Source: an uncultured delta proteobacterium (GTDB taxonomy: Bacteria > Myxococcota_A > Polyangia > Polyangiales > Houyiibacteriaceae). Taken from it: a DNA stretch of 64,000 bases. Within the stretch, counting starts at the first letter, position 1, and each line of letters opens with the position of its first letter. The notes beneath the pieces were generated by a model that searched no databases, was not told the DNA's origin, and saw only the letters and a list, made by a program, of their open reading frames with translations. Shown here in pieces: positions 39,551 through 47,500 of the stretch. The position numbers and the translations under genes are program-made. The stretch lies in assembly GCA_963704865.1 (NCBI GenBank), contig CAVPIE010000002.1, positions 395,415 to 459,414 of the forward strand, in the 5' to 3' direction.

Positions 39551-42500
39551 TGAGATTTTGGCTACACATCACTTTGCTTGGCTTACTCGTAGCTTGCCTC
39601 GGTCCGAGCGCGAAGGTTTCGGCGCAGAGCCCTGACATTCGAAACATTCGACCGCACGTGATGCTCCTGGTCGACACCTCGGGCTCGATGGAGCGAAAAC
39701 CGAATTGCATCTGCTCGACGCCGGCATGCCTCGAGTGCATTCCCGTCTGCGGAGCTGGCACCTACGAGCAGAACCGCTGGTCGGTCGTCGCACAGGCGCT
39801 AACCGGCGAGTTCATTCCGTACGAGTGCAACGCCGACGTCCGAATTGGCGGCATCTACAGCGGCCAGTACGACGAAGGCTACTTCCTGCCGCACATTCAG
39901 CTGCCTCAGGAGCTCCCTGCCTACGGCGGGTCGCAGACCGCAAATGGCGTCCTCGATACCTACATCGAGCGCATCAAGTTCGGATTGATGACCTTCGACT
40001 CGATCGGCACCCTGAGCGACAGACCTCCGCTGGTCAGCCAAGCAGACTTTCTCCTCGCACCGTTTCCGGCCGAGTCGGGTGGAACCAAGGGGATGTACTC
40101 CTACGCGCCGGACAGGCCCTTTTCGTTCCCGGGCGCGCTGACGACCTTCATGCTGAATAGCGGCGCGCGCTCGCCCTCCGCGCCCGAGGGCGGTTTGGTC
40201 TCCGTCGGCGCGGACAGCACCGCATCGATGGCCAACACGAACGCTGCGATTCAGGCGACCGTGCTCGGCGACAGCGGGCTCGGCAAGAATCCTCTGCGTC
40301 CCTACGGCGCCACCCCCACGGCCGGGCTCGTCAGCGACCTCCAGTACTTCCTTCAGACCGACCCCGACATCCTCCAGAAGACGGTCGATCCAGGGCCAGG
40401 CGATCCCTACTACGGCTGTCGCCCGCGGAGCGCCGTACTGATCACCGACGGTTTTCCGAACGGCGACATGCGCGGCAACCCGGTCAACTGCCAAGCCTTG
40501 GGCAACCCGGTGGGCTTGACCGGCTGTCCCTTCGAGGAAGTCGCCGACACGGTTTCGACGATGATCTCGGATGGCGATTTGGACAAGTTTTACGTCATCG
40601 GTTTCGCGCTCGACGGGGACGCCGGAACGGTCGCCGCCGTCGAGGCGCTGCTGAACGACATCGCTTCGGTGGGCGACACGACCCAGGCCTTCCTGGTCGC
40701 CGATCGCGCCGAGCTCGTCACCGCATTGAGCTTCATCTTCAACGAGCAGAACAAGGGCACGACCAGCCGAACCGCACCGGTGCTCACCGGCGCCTCGCCA
40801 GGGCTCATCGAGTCGGAATTCATCTCCGGATTCAATGCGTCCTTGGACTCGACCGACCCCTGGGATGGCGTCTTGGAGCGCAGGCGCATCCTGTGCGTGG
40901 ATGGTTTGCCCGGTCAAGGGAAAATACCCGAGCCCCAAGACGTCGAAGACAAAGACCGCTTCCACAAAGTCCTGAACGCGCAGAGCACGGCCCCGTCGGA
41001 CGTGGAGCCCTGGGGGGGCTCGTCGACGAGGGTGAACTTCACGGGCGGTTTCCCCCGAAACCTCTGGACGGTGCTGCCAGCCAATCCGGCCGACATCAAT
41101 TCACACCTCACTGGCGGCGGGCAGGACAAGCTCACGACGGCTGGCTTGGACGTGCCCGGTGTCGGCTTGGCGCTCATCGACCAACCGGTCGGCGAATTCA
41201 GCCGGGCCATCGATCCCGAGTACCTCTTGGGCGTGGGCAGCACGGACACCGCGCTCAGAGACACCGTGGTCGAATGGGTTCACGGTGCGCCCGGTAGCGG
41301 ACGTGAAAACGAACGCCTCGGCGACATCTACCATTCGACTCCGGCCATCGTGGGCCCGCTGGTCGATGACATCGACGACAGCTCGTTCAACGACTGGCGA
41401 TTGGGCCTGGGCTTCCAGTTGAGCCCCGACCCGCTCGAAGATCTGTCGACCGATGGCTGGCAGCTCAGCGAACGTCCTCGCGTGATCTATGCGTCTTCGA
41501 ACGATGGCGTCATCCATGCGTTCCTCGCTGACGACTACGCGGCCGGCGTGTACACCGCAGGCAACAACCTCGACGAGTTCGCCTGTGCGAACAACAAGGA
41601 CGCAGGCACCGAGCTCTGGGGTTTCATCCCGCCGATGTTCCTCGACGATCTCGACGACATGCTGGCGGGCGGCAGCAAGCAATGGTACGGCGACGGCAGC
41701 ATTCAGGTTCGGAACGTCTATGATGTCCGCGAATTCGCAGCGAATCAGGGCGGTGCGACGAACGTCTGGCGCACCGTTCTCTTCCTGAGCTTCCGAAACG
41801 GTGGCAACGGCATGGTGGCGCTGGATGTCACCAACCCGTGCAAGCCCGAGTTTCTCTGGCAGTTCACCCATCCCAACCTCGGCGACACCTACGGGCAGCC
41901 CACCGCCGCGCAGATCTTCGTCAAAGGTGGCGACGACGGCAGTGGCTCACCGGTTTTCCTGACGGTGCAGTCTCGCGGCGTGGTTCTCCTTCCGGGCGGA
42001 CAGGGCGTCGAGAACAGCAGCTCCATTGCAATTCCCGCGGGCCCCGAGCTCCCCCAAGGCATGGAGGACGCAGGCGGTACCTCGATCAGCCCCCGCGCGA
42101 ATCGACGCGAATGGCGAGACCAGACGACGATTCCAGCACAGGCGAGGCACGGCCGGATGCTCTACTTCATCGACTTGGTGACGGGCTCGCTCATCGAGAC
42201 GCTGGACCAGAACACGTTCCCGGCGCCGCTCACCGGTGCGGTTTCGGTCTACCGGGGCGATACGGCCACGGTGGCAAGCGCCGCGTACACCGTGGACGCC
42301 GACGGGGTGCTGTGGCGGGTTGACTTGTCTTCGACCGAGCCGGCGGACTGGGAGGCCGAGGCGCTCCATGACCTGTACTACGACGAGGCGTCGGACGTGG
42401 CCGAGCCGACATTCTACCCGCTTGCGCTCACCAGCGACCCGAAGGGCAGGGTCGTCATCCTGACCGGAACAGGCAACATCGACGTGCTCGACGATGCCAC

Positions 42501-43107
42501 CGCAATCAACAAGGTGGTCTCGGTGACCGAGATCCTCACCTTCGACGTAGACGGCACGGTCGACACCCTCGAGGGCCGCCTGAACTGGGAAATCGAGCTG
42601 GATCCGGGCGAGCAGATGACCGGGCCGATCGAGCTCTTTGGCGGTCAGGTGTTCTTCGGGTCGTTCAAGTCCGCGAACGGCAGTGCGATCGACGCCTGTC
42701 CGTTCGGCGGGAGCCGCATTTTCGGACTGAACTACTTGGATGATCCGACCAGCGCAGGAACCCCGGTTCCCCTGCTCGTCGATAGCCTCTCGAATCCAAC
42801 GTACGTGCTCGATCAGAACGACCTCCCGGAGCTCGAGAACGCCTTGCTCGTCGGCCTGCAGGTCGCCCAAGCGCCCATCTGCGTCACGACGCAGGACAAC
42901 GTCATCATCGTCGATCCCTTCGACGGCACCTCGGTTTCCCTTGCGATGCCGGTCGCGACCAGTGGTCGCGAGTTCAAGCTGATGGGCCACCTCAGCGGCT
43001 CGGCCGCAATACCGGTCAACCAGCTCTCGATCAACATCCTCGAGCAGGCGATCACGGCGCCGGAAGCCTTTACCGTCGTCTCGGGTATGGCAGACACGCT
43101 GGAATGA
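39547..43107 (+). CDS. pilY1: PilY1-like type IV pilus tip adhesin with N-terminal vWA domain
   Basis: A signal peptide (MMRFWLHITLLGLLVACLGPSAKVSA) is followed by the vWA MIDAS motif VMLLVDTSGSMER. The ~1186-aa product has a beta-propeller-like C-terminal half. Its position after fimT/pilVWX is the canonical gene order. There is an ATGA overlap with the upstream gene. Confidence 0.75.
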   Translation: MMRFWLHITLLGLLVACLGPSAKVSAQSPDIRNIRPHVMLLVDTSGSMERKPNCICSTPACLECIPVCGAGTYEQNRWSVVAQALTGEFIPYECNADVRIGGIYSGQYDEGYFLPHIQLPQELPAYGGSQTANGVLDTYIERIKFGLMTFDSIGTLSDRPPLVSQADFLLAPFPAESGGTKGMYSYAPDRPFSFPGALTTFMLNSGARSPSAPEGGLVSVGADSTASMANTNAAIQATVLGDSGLGKNPLRPYGATPTAGLVSDLQYFLQTDPDILQKTVDPGPGDPYYGCRPRSAVLITDGFPNGDMRGNPVNCQALGNPVGLTGCPFEEVADTVSTMISDGDLDKFYVIGFALDGDAGTVAAVEALLNDIASVGDTTQAFLVADRAELVTALSFIFNEQNKGTTSRTAPVLTGASPGLIESEFISGFNASLDSTDPWDGVLERRRILCVDGLPGQGKIPEPQDVEDKDRFHKVLNAQSTAPSDVEPWGGSSTRVNFTGGFPRNLWTVLPANPADINSHLTGGGQDKLTTAGLDVPGVGLALIDQPVGEFSRAIDPEYLLGVGSTDTALRDTVVEWVHGAPGSGRENERLGDIYHSTPAIVGPLVDDIDDSSFNDWRLGLGFQLSPDPLEDLSTDGWQLSERPRVIYASSNDGVIHAFLADDYAAGVYTAGNNLDEFACANNKDAGTELWGFIPPMFLDDLDDMLAGGSKQWYGDGSIQVRNVYDVREFAANQGGATNVWRTVLFLSFRNGGNGMVALDVTNPCKPEFLWQFTHPNLGDTYGQPTAAQIFVKGGDDGSGSPVFLTVQSRGVVLLPGGQGVENSSSIAIPAGPELPQGMEDAGGTSISPRANRREWRDQTTIPAQARHGRMLYFIDLVTGSLIETLDQNTFPAPLTGAVSVYRGDTATVASAAYTVDADGVLWRVDLSSTEPADWEAEALHDLYYDEASDVAEPTFYPLALTSDPKGRVVILTGTGNIDVLDDATAINKVVSVTEILTFDVDGTVDTLEGRLNWEIELDPGEQMTGPIELFGGQVFFGSFKSANGSAIDACPFGGSRIFGLNYLDDPTSAGTPVPLLVDSLSNPTYVLDQNDLPELENALLVGLQVAQAPICVTTQDNVIIVDPFDGTSVSLAMPVATSGREFKLMGHLSGSAAIPVNQLSINILEQAITAPEAFTVVSGMADTLE

Positions 43108-43673
43108 TCGGTCGCACAGTGATACCTGCTAAATCGATGTACGGCTCACGGCTTCTCATTCTCGCTCTCGTGCTGGGCCTCGCCGGCTGCAACGCGAAGC
43201 CCGAACGGGCGGCGCAGAGCAGCGACGGCCAGTCGTTGCGGGACCAAGAAAAGTCCGAATCCGCGCAGAGCAAGACGAACCCCCGGCCCATCGATGCAGA
43301 GGGACGTCTTCTCCCGTCGGACGACTACATCGTAGGCATCCGCCTTCCGCGAGGCGCCGAGCTCTATCGCGAAGACGGGCTGCTGCACGTGTACCGAATT
43401 CGCGCCCCCATTAACAAGGTGCTTGCCTATATCGGGCCCATGATGGTCACGGGCAGCGTGGAGCGTCGCGGCAATGGTGCGGTTTACAAGCGAGCGAGCG
43501 TTCGCGGCGCAGAGGTCAACCCGACCAAGGTCGACGTTTCGATTCTCGAGGTTGGCAGCAATACGACGCGAATCTCGGTCATGGAGCTTCCGCCACCGGC
43601 TCCGCGCGAGCACGTGCCGAGTGTCGATCGAACCAAGGCCGCGGCCCAAGAGTCGTTTCGCATGCTCGACTGA
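43104..43673 (+). CDS. Hypothetical lipoprotein translationally coupled to pilY1-like gene
   Basis: The lipobox is LVLGLAGC. There is an ATGA overlap (43104-43107) with the pilY1-like stop. Confidence 0.6.
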   Translation: MIGRTVIPAKSMYGSRLLILALVLGLAGCNAKPERAAQSSDGQSLRDQEKSESAQSKTNPRPIDAEGRLLPSDDYIVGIRLPRGAELYREDGLLHVYRIRAPINKVLAYIGPMMVTGSVERRGNGAVYKRASVRGAEVNPTKVDVSILEVGSNTTRISVMELPPPAPREHVPSVDRTKAAAQESFRMLD

Positions 43674-43691
43674 CGGGCGCGTAATCCGTCA
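43671..43691. terminator. Candidate bidirectional terminator hairpin between convergent operons
   Basis: TGACGG (43671-43676) pairs with CCGTCA (43686-43691) across a 9-nt loop. The hairpin contains both convergent stop codons. There is no U-tract. Confidence 0.3.
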
Positions 43692-44705
43692 GGGCTCACG
43701 ATAGGCTGCGAACGTGCACTGGACCGTTCCGTCAGCCAGGGATTCGGTGGCGACCATGCTGGTGGAGACCCGTCCCGAATCGTCCATGCGCGCGAAGCGC
43801 TCGACCAGCTGCGCGACCCGTCGCGCCCAGACCCGGCTGCTCAGCTCCGGCACCGCGACCTGGCAGGCGACGGGACCATGTGGAAACGCCTCCAAAAGCC
43901 CGACGAATCGTCTGACGGTGGCGCTCGACACCTGCCCCTTGTCGGTGAAGAAGCGCTCGGAGCGAATCAGGACGGCGCTCCCGAGTCGATCGGCAGCAAA
44001 GCCGGCGACCGAAGCCGTTTGGACGAGCGCCGTCGCGGCGCCGGGGCGTGGCTCGGGCCAGTCTGCGCGCGCTTGTCCGATCAAGATCTCGCTCTCGAGT
44101 AGGAGAGACTCCGCGACTCTCGCGGCGTCGGGTCGTTTGCTTGCGACGAAATCTGCTCGCTGGCGAAGTGGCCGGAGTTGATCGTCGGTCGCACCGAGTG
44201 CTTCTGCCAACGCGAGGTTGAGGCGCACCCGAGTCAGCACCGCATCGAGCGTCGCGTCGCTCACGGTGGTCACCTCGGTCAACGCCGCGAGTCGCTCCGC
44301 CTCACGGAGCGCGACCGCGTTGGCCTCATGGCGAGAGATGTCGCGGGCGACGGTCTCGGAGGCTTCCTGATCGCGCGCGAGCTGCTTGCCCCAATGTTCC
44401 TCCTCGCGTTGAAGCTCGGCACGACGACGATCCAGTTGCACCCGCTCGCTTTCCGCAACGGCCGCCGTCAACCAGAGCCTCGACTCGGTCCGATAGTCAT
44501 CTGTGGCCTCTTCGTCTTTGCGCCTCTGTGCGTCCGTCGCTTGGGTCCATGCTGACTCGGCTTGGCCGTAAAGATCGGGAGCGTGCTCGCGTGCGAGCTC
44601 CGCTTCCGGCGTGGTGAACAGCACATCTGACGTTCGGGCCCCCTGCGACCCCGCGCAGGCCCCGATCGCGACCGAGAGCAAAACCACGGTCAGGCGCGAC
44701 ATCAT
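43689..44705 (-). CDS. Hypothetical lipoprotein with coiled-coil (DUF4398-like) N-terminal region
   Basis: The lipobox is LLSVAIGAC. A charged helical region follows (AESAWTQATDAQRRKDEE...QLDRRRAELQREEE). The C-terminal ~120 aa are of unknown fold. There is an ATGA overlap with the upstream gene. Confidence 0.6.
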   Translation of the reverse strand: MMSRLTVVLLSVAIGACAGSQGARTSDVLFTTPEAELAREHAPDLYGQAESAWTQATDAQRRKDEEATDDYRTESRLWLTAAVAESERVQLDRRRAELQREEEHWGKQLARDQEASETVARDISRHEANAVALREAERLAALTEVTTVSDATLDAVLTRVRLNLALAEALGATDDQLRPLRQRADFVASKRPDAARVAESLLLESEILIGQARADWPEPRPGAATALVQTASVAGFAADRLGSAVLIRSERFFTDKGQVSSATVRRFVGLLEAFPHGPVACQVAVPELSSRVWARRVAQLVERFARMDDSGRVSTSMVATESLADGTVQCTFAAYREP

Positions 44706-45133
44706 GGACGCTCTCCGCGCCGCGTCAGCGATGCGCGATCTCGCATGAGCGCCTCGAGCGCACGTCGCTGCGCATTGGCGCGTTCACGGATAGCGCTGAG
44801 CCGGCGTTGCGTTGCAAAGAGCTCGGCTTGGGCCCTGCGGCGAGCGAGCTGCCGATCCGCCAAGACCAAGGCCGCATCGGCGATCCTTCGAGCCCTCGCT
44901 GCTGCGTTCGGGTCTTCACGCGAGCTCGAAGCGCTGAGCATGGCCCGCCGGGCTTGCTCGAGCGCGCCTTTGGCGTACTTGGCGTCGTCGCGCGCCTCGA
45001 GCTCGCCGAGTCGTCGTGCGAGCTCTGCGGCCGGCGACTCGGGATTGCCCGCGTCGGCTAGGCCTGATGCGGCGGGAAGGGCGCTGACGAGCCCGAGCAG
45101 AATGAAACCAGCGCACGCGAAGCGCGCGCACAT
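44702..45133 (-). CDS. Secreted helical protein (DUF4398-like), hypothetical
   Basis: MCARFACAGFILLGLVSALPAASG is a signal peptide. It is followed by Ala/Arg-rich helices (AKYAKGALEQARRAMLSA..). I chose the start at 45133, 4 nt after the FHA gene's stop. The longer ORF to 45238 would overlap that gene. Confidence 0.5.
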   Translation of the reverse strand: MCARFACAGFILLGLVSALPAASGLADAGNPESPAAELARRLGELEARDDAKYAKGALEQARRAMLSASSSREDPNAAARARRIADAALVLADRQLARRRAQAELFATQRRLSAIRERANAQRRALEALMRDRASLTRRGERP

Positions 45134-45137
45134 CGCC

Positions 45138-45788
45138 TCATTGATACGAGAAGTGAAACTCGTAATCGCAGATGCGATAGACGTCGCCCTCTTCGATGCG
45201 CTTGGATTCGACACGTTGACCTGCGAACTCGATTCCATTCGTGCTGCCCAAGTCTTTCATGAAGTACGCACCGTCATGGAACACGACCGCCGCATGCTTG
45301 CGAGAAATATTACCATCTCGAATCGCGAGATCGGTAGTTCGCACACCACGCCCGATGATGAACTCGTCCTTGTCGACAGGAATTGACTCGCCGTTGAACC
45401 GAAGCATCAGGACTCGGCGGCTCGCAAGGTCGGACGGTCGGCGACCGGGGAGCGGAGGCGGCACGGTCACCGCTTGAAGTGGATTGATCGCCGGCTGCAC
45501 AGTCGGCCGGCGAGATGGAACCGGAGACAACAACGGCCTCGACCGAGGCTCGTTCGATGGCGTGCCCATCGGTGACGCGCCAGCAAGGGCGGAGTCCAAG
45601 AGCTCCTGAGTTTCTACGCCAACGGAAGTGACCGTCTGCTCACGCGCGCGTGCGTACTCACGCATCGACTCGTTGATCAGATAGTCGATGGAGCACTGAT
45701 GCTCTTTGCTCAGGCGGTCGAAGATCTCGAAAAGATAGTCGCGGCACTGAAAGGCTCGCACCGTTTTTCTGTCGCCTTGATCAGCCAT
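45138..45788 (-). CDS. FHA domain protein with N-terminal ribbon-helix-helix-like segment
   Basis: The C-terminal FHA domain reads FIIGRGVRTTDLAIRDGNISRKHAAVVFHDGAYFMKDLGSTNGIEF. The N-terminus KTVRAFQCRDYLFEIFDRLSKEHQCSIDYLINESMREYAR fits a beta-alpha-alpha RHH pattern. A Pro-rich linker joins them. Confidence 0.75.
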   Translation of the reverse strand: MADQGDRKTVRAFQCRDYLFEIFDRLSKEHQCSIDYLINESMREYARAREQTVTSVGVETQELLDSALAGASPMGTPSNEPRSRPLLSPVPSRRPTVQPAINPLQAVTVPPPLPGRRPSDLASRRVLMLRFNGESIPVDKDEFIIGRGVRTTDLAIRDGNISRKHAAVVFHDGAYFMKDLGSTNGIEFAGQRVESKRIEEGDVYRICDYEFHFSYQ

Positions 45789-45800
45789 CGCTTCGACTAC

Positions 45801-47354
45801 TCACTTTTTGTCACCTTGCTCACGGGTCCGAAGCGCCTTGATGGCCGCGTCGGCAACTTGGCCCACCGTTGTCACGGGTGGATTCAGCTCCGACCAACCC
45901 TCCCCCGTCACTGCGCCATCATCCGACATCAACTGCTGCATCGCGGGGACATCTGCTTCCCCGCCTCTGCGTTCAAGATAGCGCAATGCGACCACACGAT
46001 TCCACCACTGCGGCGAATTGAGCAAAGCCATGACCGTCGATGTAGGCGAAGGTGTCATTTGGCTCATCCTCGTCGCATAGCCTTCGAGCTCTTCCGGCTC
46101 GTATTGAATTCCCGCAGATGACGGTAATCGTTGAGAAAACAGCTCAATCGTCGAGGAGCCGCCGAGCGACAGCACGAGCTCCCCGGCACGCCAACGGAGA
46201 CGCTTGGCGAGCTTGTCCGACGCCGTGCAGGAGCTTGCCGTACATCCCACGCGCTCGACGACGGGCCAAAGCCGGGGGATTGCATCACGGCTCCGGATGT
46301 CTCCGACGCGATCAAAGGCGTAGTCGCGGACTTCGACCGGATTGCTCGAATCGAGCGCGATCGACAGCAAGCGGTTGAGGTGGGCGCGCGTCACATGCCC
46401 TTCGAGCGCCTTGAGCGCGGTGGCTCGCCGTGCATTGAGGCGCTCTACCCAGGCATTGGGATCATCCGCTCCCGCTTTTGTATCGGCGATTGCGAGCAGC
46501 CGGCTCGAAACCAGTGGTTGCTCGCCGAGGTGTTGCATTGCCGGGAGCGCGCCCTGGTTGATGTAGTTCTCCCGATTGTAGATGGCGAGCGACGAGACGC
46601 GCGCTTCGTCCACCTTTTCGCCGGAGGCTTTGAGCGACTCGCGAATCTGAACGGAAAGCCACCTCACGAAGGCGGCCTTCTCCATCTCTTTTTCGATGGT
46701 GACGAGCCGCGCGCCGGCGCGCTTTCTGGTTTGCTCGTCTCCGTCTTCCCCGATAATTTCAGCAATTTTGATCATCGCCTGCGGAGGCATCTTCTCGTGG
46801 AGCGCATCGACCAGCATTCCCGCCGCCTCGGCGCCGAGCGCGCGCGTCACCTGCTCGGCGCTGTAGTCCCCCGCAAGGCTCCGGCCTTCGAAGTCGGCGG
46901 AGTACCAGCCCACCACCGCACGAATGAGCTCGTTCCGGGACCCCTCGGGCGCATAGGGAATCACCATGTAGGCCGCATCCTTCACACGCACCTGCATCGG
47001 GTCAGGAGCTGTGGCCGCCGCGTCGGGCTCGGTCGACAGAACCGCTTGGAGGCGCGGGATCATTCCGCCGACGATCGTTTCGCTGGTCGCCCGGTCCTGG
47101 CGCCGGAGCTCGTCGAACGCCTTGGACAGAATGGACAGCGCGTCGATGTCGTTGCGATCCATCTCGACGATCGCGAGCGCCGCTTCCGTCCGCAGCTCCG
47201 GACTGTACCGGTCGCTGCCGATGACCGCGCGGAGCCTCGTCGGCCCTTTGACGGTTTCTTTCCATTGCTGGACGTCGTCGCTATCTACCTTGCAGCCTGC
47301 CAGCAGGAGGCCGGCGACCGAGCAAAGAACCACCAGCTTTGTCGTCCAACCCAT
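45801..47354 (-). CDS. HEAT/ARM-like repeat lipoprotein, hypothetical
   Basis: MGWTTKLVVLCSVAGLLLAGC carries a lipobox. An all-helical repeat protein follows. I chose the start at 47354 rather than 47510. Confidence 0.6.
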   Translation of the reverse strand: MGWTTKLVVLCSVAGLLLAGCKVDSDDVQQWKETVKGPTRLRAVIGSDRYSPELRTEAALAIVEMDRNDIDALSILSKAFDELRRQDRATSETIVGGMIPRLQAVLSTEPDAAATAPDPMQVRVKDAAYMVIPYAPEGSRNELIRAVVGWYSADFEGRSLAGDYSAEQVTRALGAEAAGMLVDALHEKMPPQAMIKIAEIIGEDGDEQTRKRAGARLVTIEKEMEKAAFVRWLSVQIRESLKASGEKVDEARVSSLAIYNRENYINQGALPAMQHLGEQPLVSSRLLAIADTKAGADDPNAWVERLNARRATALKALEGHVTRAHLNRLLSIALDSSNPVEVRDYAFDRVGDIRSRDAIPRLWPVVERVGCTASSCTASDKLAKRLRWRAGELVLSLGGSSTIELFSQRLPSSAGIQYEPEELEGYATRMSQMTPSPTSTVMALLNSPQWWNRVVALRYLERRGGEADVPAMQQLMSDDGAVTGEGWSELNPPVTTVGQVADAAIKALRTREQGDKK

Positions 47355-47500
47355 CCGACTTGTGAAATCATCCCCCCCGAGCATGCAACCCGGCAAGATA
47401 ATAGAGGATTCCGCCCGGCTTTCAAGACGCCCGAAGGGCCGTGATTTCTTGACCAACCAGGGCGCGCGCGCATAGCCTGCGGGTGTAGGAGGCGTCTTAC

